A stretch of DNA of 64,000 nucleotides from Octopus sinensis (GCF_006345805.1 NC_043006.1:1178001-1242000); one strand, 5' to 3'. Positions 12,089 through 26,087 are shown, numbered from the stretch's first letter. Notes: a model not told the origin generated them from the letters alone. A program made the numbers and translations.

Positions 12089-13017
12089 GTATATATATAT
12101 GACACTGTGTGTGTGTTGTTAGAATATGACTTTGTGTGTTAGTGCGCGTGCCCATGTGTGTGTGTTTGTGTGAGTGTGAATAAAGAAAATTTATACGAAT
12201 GTGATGTTTATGATTTAAAAGGTTCTTCGGGCTGAAAGGTGCACACTGGCATTGCAGGTTAAATTTTTGACTTTAATTAACGAATCAGTCAAGAGTTGTT
12301 CTTTGATAAATAATAGTTAAATGAAGACATTTTCTTATAACGAATTAATCAGAACAAATACCATTTCCTAAACTGAGCATTAGCTTAATATTGTGTATTG
12401 TTATAACATCAAGATCAATAACATCAATACCAGTTTGCAGAATATTAATTCATTAGTTTGCAGAGTCGTATCGATATTTTACTCACCGACATTTCGCCTT
12501 TTCTTTTTTTGTTCATCTCTTTTTGTTAACGTTTTCAAATAAAAATTCAAATGTAACCATTGTAGCTTGCCAATACCGTTAGTTCAATTACCATCGGGTT
12601 CTTTATCCTATTGAAGTGGTAGCTAAAGGGTTTAGCTAAACACAAGTTATAACAAGACGTAAAAGATATCAATGTTCCAAAGAAGCGTTTTCAGAATAAA
12701 GCAATAGTCGTGCAATAAAGACGAGAAAGGAAGCCATTGCAGCAGCGTTTCGTTTTGTTTCGATTTTTTTTCTCTTCGTTTTGAAATTTTTGTAATTCTA
12801 TTGAAAAAAGTTACAAAAATTATGTTGTTACAGCAAAAATAGTTTTAACGTGCTTCATACATGAGATATTAAAAACATGACTCGAAATACATTTTTGTGC
12901 GTATCACCTCCTTTCCCTTTCTATCTGCCTATTTCTCCCTCATTCCCCCTCTCTCTTTCTCTGTCTCTCTCTTTCTCTGTCTCTCTCTCGTTCTCCCCAC
13001 TCCTCTCTCTCTTTCTC

Positions 13018-13055
<38 letters not shown>

Positions 13056-13284
13056 AGTTCTCTCCGCTATAGTGAGCTAGCTAGATAAATAGATAGACAG
13101 ATAGATAGATACGTGGTGAAGTCAGACTTTAAAATAGCATGAAAATGTTTAAAATCAATATAGAGCACATATGTACCCTCATTCTAAACGTACATATTAA
13201 AAGAAGAAATATTCATACAGTAACCTAATTTCTTTGTTTACCTTTATATATCTTATGAATCCTTTACCTTATTTCCGACTACCG

Positions 13285-13617
13285 GCCAAGTATATGTGTG
13301 GAGACAGCCAAAAGAAGCATTTGACCTAGACTTCCTTCTTCCAATTGTTAAATACGGAGAAGGATCTGTGACGATCTGGTGGGGGAGGGTTATATCTTGG
13401 AAATCCGCCGGCCCAATGGTTTTCCTTCATGGAAGAATTAATACTCAAGACTATTTAAGTATTTTATCTGATCAAATTCATACTATGGTTGCGGAAACGC
13501 AATCTTTCAGGATGATAATGCACCAATTCACACAGCTAAAGTTGTTACTAAGCGGTACGAGAAACATTCTCGTGAAGTTGAACATCTTATCTGGCCACGA
13601 CAGTCCCCAAATTTAAA
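13285..13617 (+). mobile_element. Tc1-family transposase fragment
   Basis: VKYGEGSVTIWWG..ISWKSAGPMVFLHGRIN, then after a frameshift FQDDNAPIHTAK...WPRQSPNL. Confidence 0.85.
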
Positions 13618-13989
13618 GTAAGAAGAGAAAATGAGAGGACAAAAAAGAAAAAGAAAAAAAAGAGGAGAGAAAAAGGAGAGAGAAAAAAAATGAGTGAAAA
13701 AAGTGAAGAAAGAGGTGAGAAAGAGAGTGTTAGTTGGTGGTCACGATAATATGATGGGAGGAAGGGAGTGGTGTGGAGGAGGTATATGAAGAGATGAGAA
13801 GGTAAGGAGTAAAAGAATGTGAGATATGTGAGTAGGAGTGATACTCGCATATCTCTGATTCTTTCCTACAATTCGATATAAATATTTACTAATTTTCTAT
13901 TTCTCCCAAACTTCTTAAGCTCTCCTTCTAGCTAGGAATCTAACCAACCTTCCTTCACTAGAAATTAATATAATCCTTAATAGCCGCAA

Positions 13990-14575
13990 AACCCTTATTT
14001 CTTTTGAGGACAAACCTTGGTGCCGGGCCAATCACCAAAACAATACCAATAACCATAGTAATTTATTTGACATTACCATGGGCTTATCGGACTCCGTCCA
14101 GGTCACCGACCTAGTTGGACTATACATACTCCACCAGCTCCAAATACATTTCCTTAACCTCAAAGGAGGCCTCTACAGAGATGACGTCTTGCTAGTTACC
14201 AAGATCGTAGATAAATTCTTTTTAGAACGAGCTAGAAAAGATCTACACAAATTCTTCTCTAGCCTAAACCTGTCTATTACGTTTGAAAATTCTCACAAAA
14301 CTACCAACATTTTAGACATAACTTTAAACTTAGAAACATACCAATACACCCCTTTATCACGAACCTAACCAATGCCTTAAATACCTGAAAACCTAAACAT
14401 TCATTCCAGTCACCACAAATCCACCTTTGATAACATAGTCAACGGTATCTCGATCCGTACATCTGACCTCTCTTCCACTGAGGAAAAATTCAATAACCAC
14501 GCACCATATTACGACCAAGCGCTCGCTGCCAGCGGCTTCTCCCAAAAAATAAAATACGTCCCTAATACCAAGCAG
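13990..14575 (+). mobile_element. PLE reverse-transcriptase fragment (Naiad-like)
   Basis: FDITMG...DLVGLYIL...GGLYRDD...LDITLNL, followed by SSHHKS..NIVNGISIR..SS.EEKFNNHAPYYDQALAASGF; same family as the 29248 ORF. Confidence 0.85.
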
Positions 14576-14619
14576 ACAATCAGCTGGCATTCCTGGACGT
14601 ATTAATAACACGCACCAAG

Positions 14620-15345
14620 TATGGATTCAAGACATCCATATACTGCAAGCCGATCTTTACTGGACAATACCTCAACTTCAATTCCCACCATCCATACAGT
14701 GTAAAGAGAGGGATTGCTCAGTGCCAAAAACATCGAGCAAAGAATATAAGTAGTGGTCGTGATACACACCACGAAGAAATGATCAATCTCAATAACGATC
14801 TGTTAAGCAACAACTACCCCCAAAACATACTCTCCACTCCAGTTATGAAGAAGAGAGAGGATGTGGCCAAAAAACTGTCCACAGTCTGTCTACCCTATGT
14901 GAAAGGCCTCTCCGAAAAGATACAAAAGATATGTGGCCCATATGACATCAGGACAGTATTCAAGAGCAATACTTCGCAAATATCTCCTTCAAGTGAAACT
15001 ACCAATAGAAGAGAATATGACCAAAGACTGCGTGTACTCCATCCCGTGCAGCTGTGGTAAGTTATACAAAGGCGAGACAAGCCGCTCCCTCAAAATAAGA
15101 GTAGAGGAACATTGCAAAGCTGTGACATGAGGAGATATTGATAAATCGGGTATAGCTGATCATGAATGGAAAAATGGAGACCACCTCCCCTGTGGGATGA
15201 AGTTTAAATAATAGACAACACCAGTGGAAAATACGAAAATTAAAGAAGCAGTACATATGCTAGGACACAATAACCTCCTAAGCAGATTGAGTGCAAATAT
15301 GAACAGCATATGGAAACCGGTGCTACGGGTGGATAGAAAAATATT
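14620..15345 (+). mobile_element. PLE fragment (Penelope/Poseidon-like; RT thumb plus GIY-YIG)
   Basis: FKTSIYCKPIFTGQYLNFNSHHP; LPYVKGLSEKI; CVYSIPCSCGKLYKGETSRSLKIRVEEH. Contains frameshifts and stops. Confidence 0.9.
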
Positions 15346-15414
15346 AGATTTATAAGCCCTAAATTTCACTCTAATCCCATGATTCCGAGTTCGATTCCAA
15401 GCAGTGACGTGAAC

Positions 15415-15501
15415 AAGAAGAAGAAGAAGAAGAAGAAGAAGAAGAAGAAGAAGAAGAAGAAGAAGAAGAAGAAGAAGAAGAAGAAGAAGAAGAAGAAGAA
15501 G

Positions 15502-15531
<30 letters not shown>
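15415..15531. repeat. (AAG)39 microsatellite
   Basis: Direct reading; explains the poly-K, poly-F and poly-S ORFs. Confidence 0.95.
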
Positions 15532-15533
<2 letters not shown>

Positions 15534-15592
15534 TATAATAACATCGAAAAATACCTTAGGAATGAGAACCAAGGTTCGAAATTTCTCCAAGT

Positions 15593-15634
15593 CACCTGAA
15601 GAAGTCTGGAGGATATATCAACCGGAACGTTGTG
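15593..15634 (+). ncRNA. Degenerate minimal hammerhead in PLE terminal repeat
   Basis: cac-CTGAAGA-agtctg..caacc-GGAA-cg-TT-gtg. GAAA is mutated to GGAA, stem III is ACGT, and it lies in sense downstream of the PLE at 14620-15345. Confidence 0.5.
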
Positions 15635-16489
15635 TTAACAAACAAGATGAGGACAAATATCCGTCAAATGTAGATAATGTAAACATTGTAAATAATGTAT
15701 ATAATACCTCATCTCTTAAATATAGAAGTGTAATATATACTTAAAATTTGCAATTTTTACAATTTAAAAATGTTTTCTTTATTTATAAAAATAAATAAAT
15801 GCTTAGATAAATAGATAAATAAATTCAAATTTAAAACTATAAATAATGTTTTTTTTAAATATGAATATATATAAACATATAAAAGTTATATAATTATATA
15901 AAAAGATACATAAAAAATCTAAAAAGATATATAAAAATAAGAATATATATACAATTATACACATACACATGCACACGCACACACATACACACACACACAC
16001 CAATGTACTCATGATTCTGGATGGCCGTTGACTACGCATGAGTTCTTCCACCTTTTGACAGGTCTTATATTTCGTCCTGCAGGGTGTCCAACCACCACCA
16101 TCCTCACCAAGCAAGCTTGCTGGGGTTGCCAGTTTAGTCGTCGACGACCCGACCATGCAACAGGTTGTACTGGGTTACATGTTACCAGTACCGCTCAAGA
16201 GTGACCTGACATTCTCTTTCTCCCTCCCTCCTTTTTCCCTCTTCCCCTTCCCTCTTTCTCTCTGCTCCCTCATTCCCTTCTCTCTCTCTCTCCCTCTCTC
16301 CCTCTATCCTCCCTCCTCCTCTCCCCTCCTCCTCTCCTTTCTTCTCCCCCTTCCCCCTCCTCTTCTCCCCTTTCTTTCTCCCCCTTCCCCTTCCCCTCCC
16401 CTCTCTCCCCTCATCTCTCCTCCCCTTACCTCCCCCCTCTTCCCTCATCTCCTCTCTCTAACACTACACCATACGACTTTACAACATCA

Positions 16490-16900
16490 CATCATATATA
16501 CATACACACGTCCAGACCTCTCATACGCACTAATACTCTCTCATACACACACACACACTCTTATGTTGGAGCGAAGTCATTTAACCCTATTATCTCCCCT
16601 AATTTCGCTCTTGCGTCTCACGTTTGATCTCTGACTTCTGGCCGAAATCAGATCGCCATGTTGATTCGCTAGCCTCTGCACGCAATTTTTTTTTTTGTTT
16701 TTCTCTCCTTCTTTCTGTGTTTCTTCTCTGTGTATCTTTCTGTTGAAGAGCGTAGGCTCGAAACGTTAAAGACTTGTTTCATTTATATTTCCTGAGCGCC
16801 ATACTAATACAATTGTTTGTTTGTATTCCACCTGCCTTCGTCTTTTGTTTATTTTCCGTAAACCTGCTTTCGTCTTTTGTCTATTTTCATAAAGCTTCCC
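16490..16900 (+). mobile_element. ORF-less repeat family H with HHR-like motif, ending in (TA)n
   Basis: Homologous pieces at 40255-40315 (+) and 40490-40640 (-); internal duplication of cttcgtcttttgt. Boundaries approximate. Confidence 0.55.
16736..16771 (+). ncRNA. Minimal hammerhead-like motif with variant core CUGUUGA
   Basis: cttt-CTGTTGA-a-gagc-gtag-gctc-GAAA-cg-TT-aaag; stems I and II are perfect and stem III is ACGT. Confidence 0.6.
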
Positions 16901-16901
16901 G

Positions 16902-16938
<37 letters not shown>

Positions 16939-17186
16939 TATATGTAATATATATCCAATTAAAAGAAAATGACAAGGAAGTGTTAAAGAATTTTCGGTTT
17001 CTGCTTCCTTTCTTGGATTCTCTTCTCTTCGCGAAACCCATTTGACGATATAATCGTCGTGAATCTTGGATTTTCTACACCTGACGAATTTTGGCTTTGG
17101 CCTGGGACCCGACAGTATTAATAGACCAGTATTTGGGTCGAGTGCTTCTCTGGAAATACTATAACGTCACACCCTACCAGACCATA

Positions 17187-17227
<41 letters not shown>

Positions 17228-17228
17228 T

Positions 17229-17259
<31 letters not shown>

Positions 17260-17275
17260 CAGACAGACAGATAGT

Positions 17276-17332
<57 letters not shown>

Positions 17333-18517
17333 TAATACATATACGCAAACATACACAGACATATAATACATACATACACACATGCATACATGCATACATA
17401 CTTACATACATACATACATACATACATTCATACATACATACATGCATACACACACATACATATATACATATATACATACATACATACGTACATACATACA
17501 TACTTACATACATACGTATGTATGTACATATACAATGTTACGGAAATCACCCCTAACTGAAGTTCTATTTAATACATATTTGTGTTTGTGTGTGGAGGTG
17601 TGCCTTAAATATGATACATATTTTGATTGACACATTAATGCACCCGATCCTTATTTTCTGTCCCCATTTTCTGCATGTTTTTGTTGTTTACAGCCTACCA
17701 ATTCTTGTCTTTACGGCATGAACGGCCATTGTCCCATCTTGAAACAGAGATTCTATATTTGATATCAATAATATTATAAAGACTTTTGCGGGTTTTTTTT
17801 TTTTTTGCTATATATTTCATATTTAGAGTATTCTGCAAATATACAACTAACATTAGCAACAAAGTAAGCAATATAACAAGAGAAATATAGCTAAAGAGCT
17901 CTAACAATTCCTAAATGACACAGGTACTTGGGGGATAAGCTTACATTTAGAAACTTCTGATAAACTGGGTTCTCAGCGTTGACGTTAACTGTCGTTTATC
18001 CTACGTCAAACGGATTTTATTCTGAGAATTTGGTCTTACGTCGTTAAGTTTTTGCTTATATGTCGTTATGTTGAACTTAGCTTGCAGCTATTCTTTAAGA
18101 TTGGGATAATTGAAAACGATAACAGGAAATAACGCATGAACTAAAAAGCAACGATAATTCACTAATTGGCAAAGGAAAGGCGACGATAATTAGTGGCAAC
18201 GCTTTGAACAACATCGAAAATCCATCCACTGAAAATGATATCAATACACTAAGGAATGAACTAATGTTCCATTGTCTATAAAACAAGCTGGAACAATAGC
18301 AAAATTAACGGTTCATCTAATGATCGCAATGAGGTGAATCCGGAGTCTCGAGGAAGAGAAAAGTGGTTAAGTTTAGATAAAGATTGTATTCTACGTAATC
18401 TATTGGAATAGCATATATCGTTTATCTAAACTCCCCTTCTTTAACAAATTAACCTTTTTAAGATATATATATATGTAAATATACATACGTATGTATGTAC
18501 GTAATACATATATTGGC

Positions 18518-18579
<62 letters not shown>

Positions 18580-18672
18580 CATATATATATATATATATTA
18601 AATACATATTATAATATATATATATCATATATATATATATAGATATATATATATATATATATATAATATATA

Positions 18673-19037
18673 TTCTTTTACTCTTTTACTTGTTTCAGTC
18701 ATTTGACTGCGGCCATGCTGGAGCACCGCCTTTAGTCGAGCAAATCGACCCCAGGACTTATTCTTTGTAAGCCCCAGTACTTATTCTTCGGTCTCTTTTG
18801 CCGAACCGCTAAGTGACGGGGACGTAAACCACACCAGCATCAGTTGTCAAGCAATGCTAGGGGACAAACACAGACACACAAACACACACACACACATATA
18901 CATATATACGACAGGCTTCTTTCAGAGTTTTCGTCTACCAAATCCACTCACAGGGCATTGGTCGCCCGGGCTATAGCAGAAGACACTTGCCCAAGATGCC
19001 GCGCAGTGGGACTGAACCACACACAGCCACTCCTGCG

Positions 19038-19040
<3 letters not shown>
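18673..19040 (-). mobile_element. SINE family B
   Basis: Collinear with 4176-4580; inserted in (TA)n. Confidence 0.9.
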
Positions 19041-19112
<72 letters not shown>

Positions 19113-19129
19113 ATAAAAGGTCACAACCA

Positions 19130-20330
19130 AATTATAACTGACATTTATCATAAACCACAGACTTGAAGCAATAACTCCCGTTTAGCTTTTGTCGCCAAAA
19201 ACACATCAAAAGAAATACCCCCTTTAATTTAGTAAAAGGTGTCTGATAGAATGCATAATAGCCTCTGATAGAATACACAATAGTGCCTGATAGAGATACT
19301 CGGGCCCTTCATCGTTCAAACCTCAAGACAACACTAACTGAAAGACAATATCCACCTTCGCCTACAGACGATGGAATTAAGTGTGGTTAGAAATTAGACG
19401 TTAAAGCACTAAGGGCGACAATACGTAACACCACAACTCATCTCAAAACACTACTGTATATATCAACTCACAACCCTAGAAACAATGAGGCATACAACAC
19501 TATTGTAAAAAAAAACTCCCTTACTAAATAGAGACCCAAAACTGAACAACATTCTGAAAGTGCATGAATTCATCAAATGCAAAAAGCAACACACATCGCT
19601 AAAAAGACTTCTAACAAATGCGAAGTTTTACACACCAACCACCACGAAACGAACGGTTAAAAATGTGTACGCTCAAACATGGAACACGCCCCAACCTACT
19701 AGAAGGCACGGAATTCCTATTCAAATAAGGAGAGAGGTTCACAATTAAAACCACGTTCACTTGTGTGTCCGAGAATCTAATTTATGTTATGACTTGTTCA
19801 CGTTGTGGACATTATATAGGTCAGACAAGTATGACACTGAGACGGAGAACTACACTACTCACGGAACAGATCTGGTTCCCGCAATACAGACAGATTCTCT
19901 TGAATGAACACATAGAGAGATGTGCAGGTAATATCCAACCAAACTTGACAGTGCTCCCCATCTACCAGTGCAGAGAATATATATCTATACAAGAACGTTT
20001 ATATAAAGAAAATTTGTTCTTCGAAAAATACAGAACACGTCTAAATATGAACCCATAACCAACTTTGATCTCAGTATATATTTTAATTCACGATATCATA
20101 CCCATCACTGTACATATTTCATCTCACTACTTTAGCTTTTGAGCTTTTGTGTATATTTATTCATCCCCTCCCAGAAGGATGAGAAATTACCTCCCCTTAC
20201 ATTCTTCTACTTGTTGAATCATTCATTCTCAAACTTTACACACAACATGGACTAAAATATTCTTAAGAGAACACGATATTATAATAATTTCAATGTCATG
20301 ATTAGCGAAAGCGAAATCGGCGACAACAAC
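19130..20330 (+). mobile_element. PLE fragment (Neptune-like; RT thumb plus GIY-YIG plus 3' region)
   Basis: IITDIYHKP..KHIKRNTPFNL; ORF 19765-20058 reads NLIYVMTCSRCGHYIGQTSMTLRRR...KENLFFEKYRTRLN. Confidence 0.85.
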
Positions 20331-20659
20331 ATAAAATATATTAAAAATTATATTCAAGCTATGTAAAGTGAGTGCCTTTTCTTCTTTATATATATATATA
20401 TATAGAATATATATATATATATATTATATATATATATTATACATACATATATTGCATTACATCTATCCATCCACGTGAGGATAATCAAAGTCCTCCCTTT
20501 TTCTTACTATATATACAGAGAGAGAGAGAGACGTGTTCCTCATTTTTCTCTCATTGCCTATTCTTTAAGAAGAATGTATGAGACTTTTTCTTCTATTTTT
20601 CCTATCTCCTAAGCGTAAGCCTAATATGCTTTATTCGTTTTTTTTACCTAGTTTACGTG

Positions 20660-20722
<63 letters not shown>

Positions 20723-20773
20723 TTATATATATATATATATAGATATATATAGATATATATATATATATAATAT

Positions 20774-20817
<44 letters not shown>

Positions 20818-21738
20818 GCACCATGTGTGTGGGTGTGTGTGTACATTTTTGCATCTGCATGAGTGCGTCATTCTCAATCAAGTGTTTGAGGCGCGTACTT
20901 CAGGACACACACGTCTTCAACTCTTACACTTGATAGACATTCAAACAATGACTCTTACTTAACTGTGCAACAGACAACATATAATTTATCTTAACTGTAT
21001 ATGAGTTGGAATTCTCAGCCGGCCATCTTTTCTTTCTGCAATTATCTAAGAGCACCGTCTACAATAAATTTCTCCCTTTAGTAACAAGTCCCCCACTTGT
21101 CTTCTATTTTCTGATAATGCAAATGATAATGGCTAGCATTAGGAAACATTATTTCGAGATGTACTTACGCATTTCTGACTATTCCCAGACGTATCAGATA
21201 CATTAAATTCAAAACTATGTCCGACATATGAGTATACAAGCGAACAATTATTAACGACTTAAGAATGGAATTAAAACGCACAGCATTTATCGTACAACAA
21301 TTGTCTCTCTATTTGTTGGTCTGTTTATTTGCTTGTCTGCGTGTGCGAATGTACGAGTGAATTAACACGCGCAAGCGCGTACACATACGCATACACACAC
21401 ATATATACATGTATTTATATGTATATATGTATATGTATGTGAGTGTGTGTATGTGTGAGTGCGTATGTGTATGTATTCGATTATGTGTATAAATATACTC
21501 ATAATGGGGAACGAATGTATCGTAAGTTCATCTTGAATTAATGGTTCCCTAGTTCTTGTTAGTCCATTTGTATTGCATGCAGATGCTGCTTGGGATACCT
21601 GAGAATTTTTCAAACTAAGGCTAAAGAAAGATTACGTAGTACCTTAAGTGACGGAGCTGCTCTTTCCAAGGAAGAACCGGTTAATCACGAAGAACCATGA
21701 CCACAGTCTTTTAACACGCAAGGTTCCTCAAGTGATTT

Positions 21739-22143
21739 CCTTTACTCTTTTACTCTTTTACTTGTTTCAGTCATTTGACTGCAGCCATGCTGGAGCACCG
21801 CTTTTAGTCGAGCAAATCGACCCCGGAACTTATTCTTTGTAAGCACAGTACTTGTTTTATCGGTCTCATTTGTCGAACCGCTATGTTACGGGGACGTAAA
21901 CACACCAGCATCGGTTGTCAAGCAATGCTAGGGGGACACAGGCACATAAACATACACACACTCACATATATATATATATATACATATATACGACGGGCTT
22001 CCGTCTACCAAATCCACTCACAAGGCTTTGGTTGGCCCGAGGCTATAGTAAAAGACACTTGCCCAAGATGCCACGCATTGGGACTGAACCCAGAACCATG
22101 TGGTTGGTAAGCAAGCTACTTACCACACAGCCTCTCCTGCGCC
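21739..22143 (-). mobile_element. SINE family B
   Basis: Collinear with 4176-4580. Confidence 0.9.
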
Positions 22144-22469
22144 CTTCGTTAGAATCTCACTACTAACACTGTTTTACGTTTGTATACACATTATAAATTT
22201 AATTTGAAGTGTGAATACCGATCTAAATTTAGTCTGCATGGCTCTCTCACGAAGCAGTAAACTTCATACTGTGACAAAATATATTATTCGGACATAAAGT
22301 CTCACCGCGTGACTGTTATTGCGAAACGTGTGGTTCTTAGTTGCTTTTGAAGCCTTCTTTGCTTTTATTGGGGCAGAGAGACGCTGTTGCTGCTTACACA
22401 GTGATAATTGTAACAAAGCATTTCCTTGTCAAGGGAACCTATTAATGTCGTTTACTGACGTAGCAAATT

Positions 22470-22760
22470 CTGTTACCTTTGGTAATATGTTCTTATAGTG
22501 AATCTAATTCCTGAATCGCCTCTCGCTTTCATATTCTGGCTTGTCACTCCAGAATTCTTATTCCATTTTGTTAAAATTATCAAATCAGAATCTGTTTCCC
22601 ATTGTACTGCTTTGTGAATAGAGAACGTCTCTAACTCAGTTGCTGCCATTAAGATATACCTTAAGGTCTGTTTGTCCCTTTCTTGATTAGCGTTGTTGTA
22701 ACAATACTTTGAACTTTGGTTCCCAGCTAATCTTTCATTGCTGATCGTATTCATGACCGC
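22470..22760 (-). mobile_element. Possible decayed Gypsy RNase H fragment
   Basis: ETDSDLIILTK...RFTIRTY loosely resembles TDH.PL..I..K...Y.F.I.Y; weak. Confidence 0.25.
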
Positions 22761-23270
22761 ACAGCGATCCGAACTTCTGTTGAAACAGTATGAAAATAAA
22801 TGTGCCTATATATAGCTGTGAAGGCAGAACTATTCCAGAACTATTCCAGAATGTTACAAGCTTTTGCGGGCTTTTCCTAACAATACTTACCCGGAGAACC
22901 ACAACTGTCCCTCACTGTCAAGAACGGGTCAAGTCAATGTGAGTTAGGCCTTCGTCTAGTTAAACCAATAAGAGGAATTCCATGTAAATAATTGTCTTAA
23001 ATTATGCTGCGTATCAATGTTCTTTTGGAGGTTACCACTTCCTATTTTGTTACTGAGGAGTCTAAATGTGTAAGAGAAGAACAATATCTTGTGACATGAA
23101 ATAGAGAGATGAGTATGTAAGGTGGACCTTGGTTGATATGGATACAGCTCTGCTCTGGGAAGACGTATTTTTCGTAGAAATGGTAGTTTGAAAAGACAGT
23201 GGATTTGTGCACGAGAAATTGAATTGTGTTGTTAAGTCTTTGTCAATTAACTGTTTATGTTGTTGACTCC

Positions 23271-23648
23271 TTACTCTTTTACTTGTTTCAGTCATATTTG
23301 ATTGCGGCCATGCCGGAGCACCGGCTTTAGTCGAGCAAATCGACCCCAGGACTTATTCTTTGTAAGCCTAGTACTCATTTTATCCGTCTCTTTTGCCGAA
23401 CCGCTAAGTTACAGGGACGTAAACACACCAGCATCGGTTGTTAAGCGATGTTGGGGTAGGGGGGACAAACACACACACATATGTATACATATACATATAT
23501 ACGACGGGCTTCTTTCAGTTTCCGTCTACCAAATCCACTCAGAAGGCTTTGGTCAGCCCGAAGCTATAGTAGAAGACACTAGCTCAAAGTGGGACTGAAC
23601 CCGGAACCATGTGGTTGATAAGCAAGCTACTTACCACACAGCCACTCC
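23271..23648 (-). mobile_element. SINE family B
   Basis: Collinear with 4176-4580. Confidence 0.9.
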
Positions 23649-23699
23649 TTGTCAATTATCTGCTTATGTGGTAGCAGTGACAAACCTACTTTACTGAAT

Positions 23700-24330
23700 A
23701 AATAGTTATGCGTTGATTTTGAGTATAGTTGAAAGTAAGCAACTTCTCGGGGCCGAAAAATATTTTCTGGTTTTAAGAATTTCGTCTTTGAGAAATAGGT
23801 TTGCTTGTCATGGATATGAGATCAACAGGAGGAGGTAACCAGTGATTGTGTTTGTGGGGACTTTGAGGAAGGATATTTTGTGCTACTGCAGTCTTCTAGT
23901 CAGACTGTGGATGGAGATTGTTTCCTTCACATGCTGAGAAAAACAGACAGAATTGCGATGCTGTGAAAAGAGACATAATTGCCTTGTTTCCACCGAAGAA
24001 AAGGTTTTGAATGCCTGATCATGGAGTCAGTACAGGTTTGCCTGTGATATCTCGGCTGCGTATGGAGAGTTAGAGAGCAAGAAAGAGTGGCTGTTATTGG
24101 CAGAGAAGTAAGTGCTATATGTAACGAGATCGTTAATGAACAGCATAAAGAATGTGTGCCTTGCAGCACACCAGGGTTGATGGGATGGGGACCAGAGAAA
24201 TCCATTAATGCACGCTAATCTAAACTGGGAGGAGCTTCAAATTCGAGAGACGGAGAGAAATGGAAGCCAGTGACAGGCAGGCACAGTCGAAGATGCTCGT
24301 AGCAAACGCGTTAAATTAGTTAAATATGTC
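23700..24330 (-). mobile_element. Decayed CR1/L2-group LINE RT fragment
   Basis: SGPHPINPGVLQGT matches the GVPQGS RT motif; downstream ttcattaacgatctc reads FINDL in another frame. Confidence 0.55.
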
Positions 24331-25418
24331 AAATACCACGGTGTGTTCCACCCAAATTTTGATGGTCAGCGGTGAGTTAGATGAGTAACTCATAAGTTCG
24401 TGTTCCTCCACGGAACCATATTAGTAGCCAGAGAGAAATATTAAAGTATAGGAAAAAATAGTTCTTAGCGAAAATTATTGTTGGAGTTAATACTGAGTGG
24501 GCCCAAAGCAGATTAGTTCACTAACATAATGGAATAGAATGTAGTGGCTATAGCTTCTTAAAGCATTTTATTAATATCCAATAAATCAGTTTGTACAGAG
24601 TGTTACATAACCTATTATGTTGTGATTACCCTCAACTATAGACAAATATAATGGCAGACAATTTCTAGAGTACAATCAGTCAGTAATATGTATTCTAAAC
24701 GTTAATATTTGAGATGTTGCATATGTACAATTGCTTTGAAACCTCACCAAAGATATTTCAGACGTGCGTTTGTAGTAATTTTCAATCCTTTATTTGTGTA
24801 GATTTATGTGTAAGAACTGCGTTGTGTAAGATATGTTTCCTGGTGTATGTAGTGTTTGTGTCTTGCTTTTGTTGAAAGACGGAATTATTTGGCATCATCG
24901 AGGTATGGTTTCAAAATATATTTTCTTACAAGCAAAGCAAGTGTGATGTGAATTATGCTGTGTATATCATGTGGAAGATGTCTATGGGCGATTGTACAAC
25001 AATCTTTAGTAGAGCCAGTTGTGTTAAAATTATAGAGAAAAGTTAGTAAATCTTTAGAAGTTTCCACGTGATACGTTTATAAGCATATACATGTGGTAGG
25101 AGGGGTTCTGTATGTATTTATTTATACATACATGCAATTGAAATTATACACAGATAATAGGTACACAATATAAAAGAGTTGATGTACAGACACACATACA
25201 CACACATACACACACTCACACACACATGCACTATGCACATGTGCATACAAACCTATTCGTGTGTGTATATGTGTGTGTGTGAGTGTGCGTGTGTGCATGT
25301 TCATAGATATATGTGTGTTTGCGTGTGTTTGCATGATGTGCATAAAATACTATATATAAACAACCTACTTCACGTAGTGGTATCCATGGTGATATGCCTA
25401 ACATTAAAGAAAAGACAA

Positions 25419-26087
25419 TCTATAATAATAAATGGCAAGTTTGTGTGTTTGCCAATTTGTTACTTTAACTCCTCCGAGTCTATTCAACAGACCTTGATGG
25501 AACTTGACACGTGTTCATGCGGTCACTTACGCACTTGGAATTTTTTAAAAATCGATTTTTAATTAGCATCGATTTTTCAAAAGTCTTAAAATTTCTGCAT
25601 TTTTCGCATTAGCCATCATGACGTCAATTTGACGAAAAATGGCGAAATTTGACGAAAAATGTTTCATGGGTGTAAACATACAACTTATTAATGGTAATTT
25701 GCTAATTCTTCATTTCAATGCGAATTATTTCGATTTGCTAAAACTTATTCAATTCGTTGTTTTAATTCCCCAGCTCTTCAGGTTTTGATTAGATAAGACC
25801 ACTTTATTTCTCAAACAAAAGTTATGAATTTTGCACACTAGCCATCGTGACATCAATTTGACGAACTCTGACTCAGAGCGAAAACTTTCGCCATTTTACG
25901 CACATGCACAAAAATGAGGACGATACGGGTTCGCTACCCGACTCTGCTCCTTTTTTTCGTCAATTTGGTCCTACCCATTAATATAAATTTTAAATTTTTG
26001 AAAAATTTCGAATTTTCACGAAAAATGTTTCATGACTATAAACAAACATCTTATTAACGGTAACATTTGACCGGGTACCTCAGCTAG
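25419..26087 (+). mobile_element. Non-autonomous Helitron (669 bp)
   Basis: 5' A|TCTATAATAATAAA; 3' CTAG|T at 26084-26088; subterminal hairpin cggt/accg at 26058-26073; no TSD; internal direct repeats gccatc.tgac.tcaatttgacgaa. Confidence 0.75.

Noticed and set aside
17078-17170. CTGACGA...GGAAA as a hammerhead
   Set aside because: Could not form stems I and III.
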